A stretch of 64,000 nucleotides of DNA from an uncultured virus (IMG/VR IMGVR_UViG_3300037419_003078) (Duplodnaviria; Heunggongvirae; Uroviricota; Caudoviricetes), in IMG/VR virus record IMGVR_UViG_3300037419_003078; one strand, 5' to 3'. Position numbers and translations under genes: made by a program. The notes beneath the pieces were generated by a model that made no database searches, had not been told where the DNA came from, and saw only the letters and a list, made by a program, of their open reading frames with translations. Positions 1-10,133 of this stretch are shown here, in pieces. The stretch's first letter is position 1. Each line of letters opens with the position of its first letter.

Positions 1-708
1 ATGGCGAAGGTAAACCAAGACGTAGAACTAGATGTATTCAACGAGGAGGATATTGAAATATTCCAAGCACAATTACCTATTGCTTATGACTATGTTGAAA
101 CTCGTAACTTTGATGATGAAATACTAGAGACATTTCAAATAGGATATTCTCCCGATGGAATAGACGAGCCATATCATTCTAGAAAAAGAGACTTCATGGG
201 TAGGGTAGTAATTCCTGTTCGTGATGACCTTGGTCAGTTAGTAGGTTGGTCAGGAAGACTAGCTACAGACGATAAGAGTGCGATTAAAAAGTTTAACAAA
301 TGGCAACATAAATTAGATTTTGATAAAGGCTTTGTATTGTATAACTATGATAAGGCTAAAGAATTTGTAAGAGAAAGCAAAGAGTTAATTCTTGTAGAAG
401 GTCCTTTTGACGCTATCAGATTGTGGTCACATGGCATACACAATGCTGTTGCAGTGATGGGTAGTGCCTTAACACCTGAACAGCTTTCTTTAGCAGTATC
501 AAGCACTCTAAAGGTTTATGTGATGTTAGATTCAGATGGAGCAGGACAAGTAGGCTCTAGAAGAATATGCGAACAATTAAAGCCATATGTAGATGTGTAT
601 ACTTTAAGTTTACCTATTGGTAAAGACCCTGATAATTTATCATTCGAGGAGGCATGGCTTTGTGTTTCTGACCCAATAAAATATATTGGAGAAAAGAAAA
701 CGAGATAG
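1..708 (+). CDS. dnaG: DNA primase (DnaG-type Toprim), probably 5'-truncated by the window edge
   Basis: FQIGY, GRVVIPVRD..GWSGR, Toprim VEGPFD and LDSDGAG, KDPD; N-terminal Zn-finger absent. Confidence 0.9.
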   Translation: MAKVNQDVELDVFNEEDIEIFQAQLPIAYDYVETRNFDDEILETFQIGYSPDGIDEPYHSRKRDFMGRVVIPVRDDLGQLVGWSGRLATDDKSAIKKFNKWQHKLDFDKGFVLYNYDKAKEFVRESKELILVEGPFDAIRLWSHGIHNAVAVMGSALTPEQLSLAVSSTLKVYVMLDSDGAGQVGSRRICEQLKPYVDVYTLSLPIGKDPDNLSFEEAWLCVSDPIKYIGEKKTR

Positions 709-711
709 TCC

Positions 712-740
712 TTGACTTTTATCAGGTCTTGTACTATAAT
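712..740 (+). promoter_or_regulatory. sigmaA-type promoter
   Basis: TTGACT-N17-TATAAT. Confidence 0.8.
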
Positions 741-772
741 ATAAATATATTACAAAGAGGAGATGTTATCGT

Positions 773-1009
773 TTGAAAAAACCTAAGAAAATAAAATTAG
801 AGGTAGAAGTGGTTCAAAACGAAACACGAGGAACATGGTTTAATATTATATTTTATGGATTATTTGCAGTAATCTTTACTTTTTCGATTTTTGAATCTTG
901 GTTCGATAAGGATTATGTTTGGAGTGTATTCTATTTATTTCTTTCATTGTTAGAAATTTGGTTAGTTTACAAGAATGTTAAAAACAGATTCTTTAAGAAA
1001 AATAAATAA
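773..1009 (+). CDS. small membrane protein
   Basis: two hydrophobic segments, RBS GAGGAG. Confidence 0.65.
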   Translation: MKKPKKIKLEVEVVQNETRGTWFNIIFYGLFAVIFTFSIFESWFDKDYVWSVFYLFLSLLEIWLVYKNVKNRFFKKNK

Positions 1010-1023
1010 GAGGAGTTGTTAGT

Positions 1024-1233
1024 ATGAAACTTATGAAATTCATACCATATGGTATTTTCGCTTTCTTATTCGGATTTATGTCAAGCAAATTATATCATTT
1101 TATATTAGATTCTCAAGGTGCTGAAAAAAATTCAGGATTCTATTTTGGATTGGCACTATATGGATTACCTGCTTTATTCTGTGCATATATGTTGTATAAA
1201 GATTTAAAAGAAACTTTTAATGAGAAAAAATAA
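1024..1233 (+). CDS. small membrane protein
   Basis: two hydrophobic segments, RBS GAGGAG. Confidence 0.65.
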   Translation: MKLMKFIPYGIFAFLFGFMSSKLYHFILDSQGAEKNSGFYFGLALYGLPALFCAYMLYKDLKETFNEKK

Positions 1234-1236
1234 CCC

Positions 1237-1265
1237 TTGACTTTATAGTGCAAGTAAGTTATAAT
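1237..1265 (+). promoter_or_regulatory. sigmaA-type promoter
   Basis: TTGACT-N17-TATAAT. Confidence 0.8.
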
Positions 1266-1311
1266 ATAAATGTAATACAAATTAATTAAAACTATTGGAG
1301 GCGTTGCTAAT

Positions 1312-1626
1312 ATGGCACATTTTATTAACATGACAATCAAAGGAATCGCAAAGGACGCACACGAGAAATTCCCTATTCGTTACGATGTATCTGAATCAGG
1401 AAGTTCATTCTTCGTAGGTTGTCGAGTAGAGGCAGAAGTCGAAATCAATGGCAACATGATTACTAAGCGTATGGATATTCGTGCATTTAAAGAACAAGCA
1501 GACGAGTTGGCTCATATCCAAGATGGAGATGAAGTAGAATTATTGTGCTCTTATGATATGCAGAAGTCACAAAAAGACGGAAAGTATTATCCAGTTGCAA
1601 CTGTATTAGAAGTAATTAAGGCTTAA
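1312..1626 (+). CDS. putative OB-fold ssDNA-binding protein
   Basis: SSB-like beta pattern (INMTIKG...IRAF...GDEVEL), replication context. Confidence 0.45.
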   Translation: MAHFINMTIKGIAKDAHEKFPIRYDVSESGSSFFVGCRVEAEVEINGNMITKRMDIRAFKEQADELAHIQDGDEVELLCSYDMQKSQKDGKYYPVATVLEVIKA

Positions 1627-1653
1627 TCATACATAAACATTAGGAGTGATATT

Positions 1654-1875
1654 ATGTCAGTAAAATTTTCAATGAACACAGGAAAGCGTATGGAAAACAA
1701 TTTCGCAGAAACTAAAGTAAATCTTCGTAAGAATTTTTATGTGGTCGCTACTGATGGAAAGAAATCGTACATTACAACTATCGAGGACGCATTACTTGTT
1801 GAGGCTCGTCAAGAGGCACAGGTTTGGGCTAAACAAAATGGCTTAACTATTGAACAAGTTCGTGCAATGAAGTAA
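1654..1875 (+). CDS. hypothetical protein
   Basis: ORF with RBS GGAGTG. Confidence 0.6.
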   Translation: MSVKFSMNTGKRMENNFAETKVNLRKNFYVVATDGKKSYITTIEDALLVEARQEAQVWAKQNGLTIEQVRAMK

Positions 1876-1904
1876 GGTAGCCTTAATTGGCTACTTGCTT
1901 TTTT
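1874..1904 (+). terminator. intrinsic terminator
   Basis: AGGTAGCC/GGCTACTT hairpin followed by T-tract. Confidence 0.6.
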
Positions 1905-1923
1905 AGGTAAAGGAGGATAGCAA

Positions 1924-2256
1924 ATGCCAAAGTTTACATTTAATGTAGAGCATAAAGGTCAGATAGATGATGGATACCACACATTCGATGAACTATATAA
2001 TCACAGAATGATTCTTTTTTCTGTAATATGTAATCAGAATAAAGATAGAGCGTGGAAGTCAAGGCTACATGATGATGGAACTATGTATGATAACTACTTT
2101 ATTGTTGGAGTGACAACTGATGAAGGAGAGTATACATATCATTACCACATTGATAATTGGAAATATTTTAATGTGAAAGAGGTTGAGTTTGCCCCTGAGT
2201 GGGACGGACATAAACCTGAGGATATTACTAGATTGCTAACTTTAGGAGGAATGTAG
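1924..2256 (+). CDS. WDGH-motif phage protein
   Basis: DGYHTFDELY.HR, WKS..H.DG, YHY, WDGH motifs. Confidence 0.7.
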   Translation: MPKFTFNVEHKGQIDDGYHTFDELYNHRMILFSVICNQNKDRAWKSRLHDDGTMYDNYFIVGVTTDEGEYTYHYHIDNWKYFNVKEVEFAPEWDGHKPEDITRLLTLGGM

Positions 2257-2257
2257 T

Positions 2258-2869
2258 ATGAATAAAATGGACGAACAAATTATTGTAGTACCAAGAAAAG
2301 CACTTTTTGATTTTGGTAATCTGACGTTTCAAGGAACTGAGACACGATTTGATGTGTTGAAGAAACTAGAAGATAATATTCAAAATAATTTCGGTGTAAT
2401 GCGTAGAGGTGACGCTGAGGTAAACGAAGGTTTTAAACAACCTATTCCATATGCAGTTATTCGTAGAGGAGAACAAATCTTCTTATACAGACGACTATCA
2501 GGTGGTGGAGAGACTAAATTACATGATAAGTTATCTGTAGGTGTAGGTGGACATATGAATTTTGATAGCCCTAAGTTTATGGAGTCACTAAAGACAAATT
2601 TAGAACGAGAGTTAGATGAAGAATTACATATTGATACAGACGATTTAGACATTAACATAGTAGGCTTTATTAATGATGATGAAGACGAAGTAGGTCGTGT
2701 ACATATTTGTATTTTAGTTGTCATTGATGTTCCCGAAGGAACTATCGTAAAAGTTAAAGAAGAAGACCAACTAGAAGGTGACTTTGTTAATCTAAGTACA
2801 TTAAAACACAAAGAAATTTATGACAAGTTAGAGAATTGGTCTAAGATTGTTGTCGATACGCTGAAATAA
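2258..2869 (+). CDS. Nudix-superfamily predicted phosphoesterase (COG4112-like)
   Basis: KQPIPYAV, SVGVGGH, RELDEEL Nudix-like box, VGRVH, LENWS. Confidence 0.75.
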   Translation: MNKMDEQIIVVPRKALFDFGNLTFQGTETRFDVLKKLEDNIQNNFGVMRRGDAEVNEGFKQPIPYAVIRRGEQIFLYRRLSGGGETKLHDKLSVGVGGHMNFDSPKFMESLKTNLERELDEELHIDTDDLDINIVGFINDDEDEVGRVHICILVVIDVPEGTIVKVKEEDQLEGDFVNLSTLKHKEIYDKLENWSKIVVDTLK

Positions 2870-2872
2870 GGA

Positions 2873-3460
2873 GTGTTGGTAATGGCAGTATCAAGAACAG
2901 AAATGCTAGAGCATATGGACTTAGTTGCACCTGATATTACATTCGTACTTTATGGGTGGGTAAAGAATGAAGGAAACAATCTTCAAGGCTTTATCGACAA
3001 TCCATCAGGTCATGTAAACTATAATCCGTATGTAATAATGGACTTCACTAAGTTACAGCAAAGACTCGCTATGCTAAGAACAGTAGAGGAATGTCTAAAT
3101 GTTATAACTGAGTATAAAAGAGGAAATCTAGATTATACTCGTTCAATGTATGAGAGTGCAGTAGACGGTACTCATGTTCAACTAGTAGAGCGTTTGCTAG
3201 ATTGGTTGAAAAAGCGTTATCAAGATATGACTCAGTTCATAGCCTCTAGTGGTAATGCACAAGGCACTGCTCAGATTGATGATTATGCAGGAATGTTCAC
3301 ATTCAATGCACAGAAGTTCATGGCAGAATATACGATGTATAAAAAAGCTATTGTTGGTTGCGAAGTAGTAGTTCAATATAAAAATGAACAAGTAGTTGTT
3401 AATCCTGTCCAAACAGACTTATTAACAACAAATGAACCACCTGTTGCAGATACATTTTAA
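2873..3460 (+). CDS. hypothetical protein
   Basis: 195 aa ORF in operon, followed by terminator. Confidence 0.6.
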   Translation: MLVMAVSRTEMLEHMDLVAPDITFVLYGWVKNEGNNLQGFIDNPSGHVNYNPYVIMDFTKLQQRLAMLRTVEECLNVITEYKRGNLDYTRSMYESAVDGTHVQLVERLLDWLKKRYQDMTQFIASSGNAQGTAQIDDYAGMFTFNAQKFMAEYTMYKKAIVGCEVVVQYKNEQVVVNPVQTDLLTTNEPPVADTF

Positions 3461-3484
3461 GAGGGTCTCTATGCCCTCTTTTTT
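3459..3484 (+). terminator. intrinsic terminator
   Basis: AAGAGGG/CCCTCTT hairpin + T-tract. Confidence 0.65.
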
Positions 3485-3496
3485 CTGCGTTTACCC

Positions 3497-3525
3497 TTGA
3501 CTTTATTTTATAAAACAAGTATAAT
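3497..3525 (+). promoter_or_regulatory. sigmaA-type promoter of dnaE
   Basis: TTGACT-N17-TATAAT. Confidence 0.8.
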
Positions 3526-3545
3526 ATAAGCATGGAGGTGGTCAC

Positions 3546-6500
3546 ATGTTAGATACAATTAATGTAATCTCAAATGACAGGATAGAAGAATTAAAAGAAA
3601 TATTGTTAGAGATAGGTTTTACCCACCTACACTTACATACAGACGCTAGTCATCTTGACGGTATGAATGATATACCTAGTTTGATTGCTAGATTAAAAGA
3701 GATTGGTGCAAAAGCATGTGCAATAACCGACCACGGAAATATGCACAACGCACTTCGTTTTTATCAGGCTTGCTTAGTAAATGATATTAAGCCACTTCTA
3801 GGAAATGAAGTTTATCTATCGTTTGCTAGACAGTTACAACAAAAATCAGACTTTATGATTGTAGAAGAATTTATTGAAGATGATTTCGTACATGAAATCT
3901 CTCACTTAGTTTTATTAGCAGAAAATTTTGAAGGATACCAAAACCTTTGTAGGCTAACTACATTATCAAACACAGATGGTTTCTACGGTAAGCCACGAGT
4001 GGACTATGAACTTTTAAGAGAGTACAAAGAAGGTGTTATTGTAATCAACGGTCACGTTGGTACAGACATAGCTAAGTCTTTCGAGAGAGCATGTAATCCT
4101 GTTGGCGAGACAGAAGAAGAAAAGAAAGCGTACACCGAAAAAGAAATAAAAAGAGCGTATGAGTTAAACAAATGGTACATAGATGTATTTGGAGATAACT
4201 ACTATCTTGAAATACAGAACCATGATTTAAGAATTGAAGAACAAGTAACTCCTTTAGTCATGAAATTAGCATTAGACCATAACGTAAAACTAGTTATGAC
4301 TAATGACTCTCATTATACTTGGAGGTCTGACGCTGACACCCACCGTATTCACTTTGCTAATGGATTAGGTAAAGATTACGAAGAATTTATGAATGATGAT
4401 AAGTTCGATGAAGGTTTCTCTACCTGTGACGAATTTTATGTCAAGTCTACGGAAGAAATGTTAGAAGTGGCTATCCCTTATGGTGACATGGCTATTCAAG
4501 CATTAATTAACACACAAGAGATTGTAGACCGTTGCAATGTAACATTTGACGCTATTACACTTCAAGGAGTGGAAGAAAAGAAAGGTAAGTTGGTTGGCAA
4601 ATGGAAAACAAAAGAATATCTATTTCCTGATTTTCCAATCCCTATGCCATTCGCAAGTAAAGAGTCTTACTTTCAACACCTATCACGAGAAGGCTTAAAA
4701 GACCGTATAGCAGAAGGAGAAGTAGATTTAGATACCTATACACTAGAGGACTATGAAAAACGATTAGAGTATGAAATGGAAGTCATTAATAACATGGGTT
4801 TCCCAACATACTTTATTATCCTATGGGACGTATTGCGTTTCTGTAAGGAACAAGATATTCCAGTAGGCAAAGGTCGTGGTTCAGGTGCAGGTTCATTGGT
4901 AGCTTACTCACTTCGTATTACAGATATTGACCCATTACACTATGACTTACTATTCGAGCGTTTCCTAAACCCTCACCGTATCTCAATGCCCGATATTGAC
5001 CTTGACTTCTGTTACGATAGAATCCAAGAGGTTATTGACTACACTAAAGATAAATATGGTCACGACAGAGTATGTAAGATTGGTACATATGGTACTTTAT
5101 CTGCTAAGGCAGTTATCAAAGATGTAGCACGAGTACTTAAATATGACTACCAAACAATTAATACATTAACTAAAAAGGTAACTGACCTAGGTATTAAGAT
5201 TAAAGACATATTAACTAAGTATAGTGAGTTCTCTACATTGTATGATGAAGACGAAGAATTTAAGCGTATCATTGATTCATCACTTCGACTAGAAGGATTA
5301 CAACGCCATACATCACAACATGCGGCTGGAATCATCATTTCACCTTTCCCACTTACTGACTTAATTCCTTTAAAAGGTAGAGGTGGAGACCTAACAGCAC
5401 AGTTTGATATGGTCGAGTTAGAGGTTCTAGGTTTCGTTAAGATGGACTATCTTCGTTTAAGAACTTTAACAGTTATCAAAAACGGAACAAACTCAATATA
5501 CGAGCAACTAGGCGAATACATTAATATTGATAAGATTGACTTCAATGACCAAGCAGTATTCAAGAAGTTCCAAGATGGTGAATCACTCGGTATCTTCCAG
5601 TTTGAGTCAGATGGTATGCAGTCACTACTTAAAAAACAGAACCCGACTAGCATAGAAGACTTGTCGGCTGTAAATGCCTTGTATCGTCCAGGTCCATTGG
5701 ACTACATCATTGATGACGAGAATGACCCCAACTTCGGTAAGACGATGGTAGATGTTTACTTGGCTCGTGCTAGTGGAGAACAAGAAACAGTATATGACCA
5801 CCCACTACTTGAAGACATTCAAAGTAATACATGTGGAATTTTCGTATATCAAGAACAACTAATGTTCGCCTCAGTAAACCTAGCAGGTTTTACATTGCCT
5901 GAGTCAGATGAATTGCGTAAGGTAGTAGGTAAGAAACTACTTGAAAAAATGCCGGAGCAAAGAGATAAATTTATTAATGGCTGTATGAACAATCCACAAT
6001 TCACACTTTATGGACAGAACCCCAAGGAAATAGCTACTAAGATTTGGAATCAGATTGAAACATTCGGTAGATACGGATTTAATAAATCACATGCTACTGC
6101 TTATGCGACAGTTGCCTATCAATCTATGTGGTTAAAGACATACTATCCTGAGTTCTTCATGGCTAGTGTGTTAACATCATTAATCGGTGAGAAGATTGAA
6201 AAGATTGTACCTTACCTTAATGAATGTAGACGATTAAACCTTAAACTATTAGCACCTGATGTTAACCAAAGTACACTTAAATTTGAAGTATCTGCTGACA
6301 GAAAAGGTATTCACTTTAGTTTAAATGGAATTAAAGGTGTAGGAACAAAAGCAGTAGAAAACATTCTAGAAGTTAAAAAGAAACACGCTTTCAAAACATT
6401 ATCTGATTTTATTATGTTGACTGGTTCAGCAGTAAATAAAACAGTAATTACTGCATTAGCAAAAGCAGGAGCATTCGACTTCTTAGGATATAATCGTAGA

Positions 6501-7343
6501 ACAATGGTTCAAGTTGCAGAGGACTTAGTTGCAATCAGTTCCGAAGTAAAAAAGAAAATCACTGCCAACAAAAAGAGAAAAAAACCTCTATCAGACATCA
6601 GTGTTTTCTATGAGCCTTTCTATAATTATGAAGTAGAAGAATTAGAGGAGTTCTCACATGATGAACTATGTATCCTAGAGAAAACTCTAACAGGATTCTA
6701 TATGACATACCACCCACTTGAAGGACTAATTGACTACATTCAAAGTAAGACAACTCATTCTTCTGATATTATTAATAACGGAGTTCCTGTTATGATGACT
6801 CAGGTTTTCAATGAAGACACTCTAAAGTATTCTGATTCAGGAGACCTTGAAATGGAATATGAAATGTTGCCTCAAGGACAATTCGTTATTACTGGTGGAG
6901 TAATCAAACAAGTTAAAGAGATTACTATCAAGCGTGGTAGAAACGAAGGAAAGAAAATGGCTAGTATCGTTTTAGAGGACGCTTACCAAGGCGACATTAA
7001 ATGCACTATCTTCAATAAAGAATATGAAATACTACAGAACACTATTAAAGAAGGAAAGGTGGTGTTCATCAAAGGTAGTATAGATTACTTCAATGATAGT
7101 GCTCAAATTAACGCTAGAGAGATTACGGAAGTTAGTCGTACATCTGCTAGGAATCTAATGCGAAACGAACTATTTGAACAACTAATGTCAATTAAAGCTA
7201 CAATAAGAGACATAGAAGAAACTATGGAACTACTTGGTGATGACGCTGACCTTATCGTTGATATAACAAACGAACTTTTTGGACTATACGACAAACAAGA
7301 TAAAATTCAAGAAGAAATAGAAAGGTTGGAGTTTGCGTCATGA
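3546..7343 (+). CDS. dnaE: DNA polymerase III alpha subunit (family C)
   Basis: PHP HLHLHT/AITDHG, GRGSGAGSLVAY, MPDIDLDF, KMDYL, YGFNKSH, C-terminal OB fold. Confidence 0.97.
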   Translation: MLDTINVISNDRIEELKEILLEIGFTHLHLHTDASHLDGMNDIPSLIARLKEIGAKACAITDHGNMHNALRFYQACLVNDIKPLLGNEVYLSFARQLQQKSDFMIVEEFIEDDFVHEISHLVLLAENFEGYQNLCRLTTLSNTDGFYGKPRVDYELLREYKEGVIVINGHVGTDIAKSFERACNPVGETEEEKKAYTEKEIKRAYELNKWYIDVFGDNYYLEIQNHDLRIEEQVTPLVMKLALDHNVKLVMTNDSHYTWRSDADTHRIHFANGLGKDYEEFMNDDKFDEGFSTCDEFYVKSTEEMLEVAIPYGDMAIQALINTQEIVDRCNVTFDAITLQGVEEKKGKLVGKWKTKEYLFPDFPIPMPFASKESYFQHLSREGLKDRIAEGEVDLDTYTLEDYEKRLEYEMEVINNMGFPTYFIILWDVLRFCKEQDIPVGKGRGSGAGSLVAYSLRITDIDPLHYDLLFERFLNPHRISMPDIDLDFCYDRIQEVIDYTKDKYGHDRVCKIGTYGTLSAKAVIKDVARVLKYDYQTINTLTKKVTDLGIKIKDILTKYSEFSTLYDEDEEFKRIIDSSLRLEGLQRHTSQHAAGIIISPFPLTDLIPLKGRGGDLTAQFDMVELEVLGFVKMDYLRLRTLTVIKNGTNSIYEQLGEYINIDKIDFNDQAVFKKFQDGESLGIFQFESDGMQSLLKKQNPTSIEDLSAVNALYRPGPLDYIIDDENDPNFGKTMVDVYLARASGEQETVYDHPLLEDIQSNTCGIFVYQEQLMFASVNLAGFTLPESDELRKVVGKKLLEKMPEQRDKFINGCMNNPQFTLYGQNPKEIATKIWNQIETFGRYGFNKSHATAYATVAYQSMWLKTYYPEFFMASVLTSLIGEKIEKIVPYLNECRRLNLKLLAPDVNQSTLKFEVSADRKGIHFSLNGIKGVGTKAVENILEVKKKHAFKTLSDFIMLTGSAVNKTVITALAKAGAFDFLGYNRRTMVQVAEDLVAISSEVKKKITANKKRKKPLSDISVFYEPFYNYEVEELEEFSHDELCILEKTLTGFYMTYHPLEGLIDYIQSKTTHSSDIINNGVPVMMTQVFNEDTLKYSDSGDLEMEYEMLPQGQFVITGGVIKQVKEITIKRGRNEGKKMASIVLEDAYQGDIKCTIFNKEYEILQNTIKEGKVVFIKGSIDYFNDSAQINAREITEVSRTSARNLMRNELFEQLMSIKATIRDIEETMELLGDDADLIVDITNELFGLYDKQDKIQEEIERLEFAS

Positions 7344-7978
7344 GTAAATTGAGAGATAAACAACAGGAGGTAAAAGACCTAGTAGCTAAAGTAGTAGAAG
7401 GAGACGGAGATTCATTTAGACAACTAGAGGGGTTAGCAAAGCCCCTCATGGTTAGTCATTCAGAGTATTTCTCTAGTCTTCATTATAAATTTGAGTTTGA
7501 TGATTTCTACTCAATATGTCTTAACGCACTATATGAGGCTTGTATTAAATATGACCCTAAGAATCCTAGTTTTTTTAGTTACGCTAAGTCATTTATGAAA
7601 CGACAGTGTTGTAGAGAACTTGAATATTGGAACGCTGAAATGAGAGACATATTTGAGCAAGAAGAAATATCATGTGACCGTCAAGTATACGACCTTGATA
7701 AAGACATGGAATCATCTTTACAGTTAAGAGATGAAAGAGAGACTCTAGAAATAGCAGAAGAAAGAGAGTTTACTAGACATATAACTGAAATAATTTCTTC
7801 TTCTTTTGAAGGAGAGAAAGCACTGGTTATGTATCTGTATATAATCAAAGATATGTCACCTAAAAACATTTCCATTCAAACTGGACTACACTATCAAAAT
7901 ACATATGCAATTATAAGACGAGGAATTACCAAGATAAAAGATGAATATAGAGCAAGGTATTTACCCTTGACAAACTAA
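7340..7978 (+). CDS. sigma-70 family RNA polymerase sigma factor
   Basis: region 2 (ALYEACIKYDPKNPSFFSYA) and region 4 HTH (MSPKNISIQTGL...IIRRGITKIK). Confidence 0.75.
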   Translation: MSKLRDKQQEVKDLVAKVVEGDGDSFRQLEGLAKPLMVSHSEYFSSLHYKFEFDDFYSICLNALYEACIKYDPKNPSFFSYAKSFMKRQCCRELEYWNAEMRDIFEQEEISCDRQVYDLDKDMESSLQLRDERETLEIAEEREFTRHITEIISSSFEGEKALVMYLYIIKDMSPKNISIQTGLHYQNTYAIIRRGITKIKDEYRARYLPLTN

Positions 7979-7995
7979 TAAACTTGTATTATAAT
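7967..7995 (+). promoter_or_regulatory. sigmaA-type promoter
   Basis: TTGACA-N17-TATAAT. Confidence 0.8.
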
Positions 7996-8026
7996 TATCT
8001 TATAACCAATCAAGGAGGAATTTAGA

Positions 8027-8281
8027 ATGTCAGAACAAAACAAAGTAAACGAAGAAATTATTGAAGTACCATTAACAGAGGTGGAGCAAGAGAATCCAAA
8101 CGATACACTGAACTTAGAAGATGTAGGATTCATGGTTGTTGTTGGTCGCAGAAAAGATGGAGAAACTTTCTTTAAAACAGTAGGAATCAATGACTTAATC
8201 GTTGTGCGTGGCTTAGTTGAGTACGCTCGTGATGAAGTTAAATTCCAATTCAATAAGTACTTTGAAAACAAAAGTAAATAA
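8027..8281 (+). CDS. hypothetical protein
   Basis: RBS AAGGAGG, own promoter. Confidence 0.65.
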   Translation: MSEQNKVNEEIIEVPLTEVEQENPNDTLNLEDVGFMVVVGRRKDGETFFKTVGINDLIVVRGLVEYARDEVKFQFNKYFENKSK

Positions 8282-8330
8282 TACATAGGAGAGACTAGTT
8301 CTCTCCCTTACTTTTAAGGAGATGACGTAA

Positions 8331-9506
8331 TTGATTATACACTATCTATCTGCAAGTAGATTGAAGAAGTACTTACAATGCACACAAGCATATCATGAGG
8401 CATATGAGAACAAAGTAAGAAGTGACGCAGTTCATTTACGCTTTGGAACTATGGTTCATACAGTATTTGAAAGATGGTTTCAAGAGGACACTGATATTCT
8501 TGAAATCTATGAGCAAGAATGGAGGAAATCAGATGTTGTTGAACCTCAATACTATAAAGATGGTATTGATATGGTTAAGAATTTTGCTGAGACAACGGAT
8601 AAAGACAAGACAATGGCTATCGGGTTTGAACAAGCGTTTGCTATCAATATTGAAGATGACATTGTAATAGATGTTAGCGATACTGATTTCAGCGACAGAG
8701 AACAAGCAAAAGAGTTCCTTAAAAAACTAGAGGAAGACGATAAGCCATATATATTCGGATTTATTGACCGTATTGATTATGATATGGATACAGATACACT
8801 ATACATAGTAGATTACAAGACATCAAGAATAGCACTAACATCATTTGAGGCTAGTGAAGACGAACAGTTAAGCATGTATGCTCTAGTAGCTAAATATATG
8901 TATCCTGAGTATGACAATGTAAAGCTAGAATTACATTATGTTAGATTAGGAGAAAAGGTTCGCTCTAGTAGAACAGATGAAGAACTAGTTGTATTTAAAC
9001 AATGGTTGATTCATATGTATCATCAAATTAAGAATGATGTGTCACCTAAGGCTACATTAAATAAGTATTGTGGTTGGTGTGACGCTAGAAGTGGTTGCCA
9101 CGCTTACCAAGAACTTATAAATGGTGAGGCAGAAGACCTAGATGTTAAAAACTTAGAGTTAGAAAACTTGGACTCTGAATTAGAAAAGATTAATATACAC
9201 AAAAAGATTCTTGAAGATAGAAAGAAAGAAATCGAGGCTAGATTCAAGCAAGAGTTAAAATCTACTGATAACTCACCTATTGATGTAGGAGGAGCAGAAA
9301 GATATGTAACTAACAATGCTCGTGTCAACTATGACATTAGCACAGTAATTGCTTGTTTCCCTGAGGAATTTGAGAATCTACTATCAGTTAAAAAAGCTGA
9401 GGTTGACAAACTAGCTAAGAATAATCCTGAGATTCAAGAAATGTTAGAACAAACATCAGAGAAGTACTTTATCTCACCAACATTACGAAGAAAGAAAAAG
9501 AAGTAA
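8331..9506 (+). CDS. PD-(D/E)XK RecB/Cas4-like exonuclease with probable Fe-S cluster
   Basis: LSASRL..Y.QC, GTMVH, GFIDRID, IVDYKT, QLSMY, CGWC...C. Confidence 0.85.
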   Translation: MIIHYLSASRLKKYLQCTQAYHEAYENKVRSDAVHLRFGTMVHTVFERWFQEDTDILEIYEQEWRKSDVVEPQYYKDGIDMVKNFAETTDKDKTMAIGFEQAFAINIEDDIVIDVSDTDFSDREQAKEFLKKLEEDDKPYIFGFIDRIDYDMDTDTLYIVDYKTSRIALTSFEASEDEQLSMYALVAKYMYPEYDNVKLELHYVRLGEKVRSSRTDEELVVFKQWLIHMYHQIKNDVSPKATLNKYCGWCDARSGCHAYQELINGEAEDLDVKNLELENLDSELEKINIHKKILEDRKKEIEARFKQELKSTDNSPIDVGGAERYVTNNARVNYDISTVIACFPEEFENLLSVKKAEVDKLAKNNPEIQEMLEQTSEKYFISPTLRRKKKK

Positions 9507-9554
9507 GAGGGGTTCTTCCCTTCTTATCTTTATAAAACGATTAGGAGTGATGTT

Positions 9555-10133
9555 ATGCAACGTAACAGAGGACAATGGATTCAGACTTACACAGGTATTC
9601 ACTTTCATCTATTAGACCCTAGACCCGAAGAAGTTAGCAAGGAAGATATTGCTCACTCATTGTCACAGAATTGTAGATTCACAGGACACACAAAGATATT
9701 TTATAGTGTAGCAACACACTCTATCTTGTGTGCAGAACAGGCTAGGAAAGATGGAATGTCAGCTAGAATACAACTGCTATTAATGCTACATGACGCTACA
9801 GAGACCTACTTAACAGATGTTAGCAGACCATTAAAATCAGTATTAGGAAAAATTTACACAGACCTAGAAGATAAGGTTGCAACAGTAGTTTGGCAACACT
9901 TTGACATTGAAGAACCAACCGAGGAAGAATGGAAAACAATTAAACACTATGATGATTTTCTTCTTGCTAATGAAATTGGTCAACTAATGATTAATCCCGA
10001 AGACTTTGACATAGAGCCAATCTACAACGGAGTGTATATCCCTAATCTAGGAATAGTACACACTAAAAATAGATTCTTAGAAATTCTAGATATACTCTTA
10101 AAAGAGTACAAGGAGGAACTAGAAAATGAGTAA
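9555..10133 (+). CDS. HD-domain 5'-deoxynucleotidase-like (YfbR/YfdR family)
   Basis: DIAHSLS..CRF.GH, YSVATHS, LHDATETYLTD. Confidence 0.85.
   Translation: MQRNRGQWIQTYTGIHFHLLDPRPEEVSKEDIAHSLSQNCRFTGHTKIFYSVATHSILCAEQARKDGMSARIQLLLMLHDATETYLTDVSRPLKSVLGKIYTDLEDKVATVVWQHFDIEEPTEEEWKTIKHYDDFLLANEIGQLMINPEDFDIEPIYNGVYIPNLGIVHTKNRFLEILDILLKEYKEELENE

Noticed and set aside
8331..9506. CRISPR-Cas (Cas4) locus
   Set aside because: No array or other cas genes; stand-alone recombination nuclease.
9555..10133. DatZ / Z-genome system
   Set aside because: No PurZ or MazZ in the window; the HD protein fits the generic YfbR/YfdR type.
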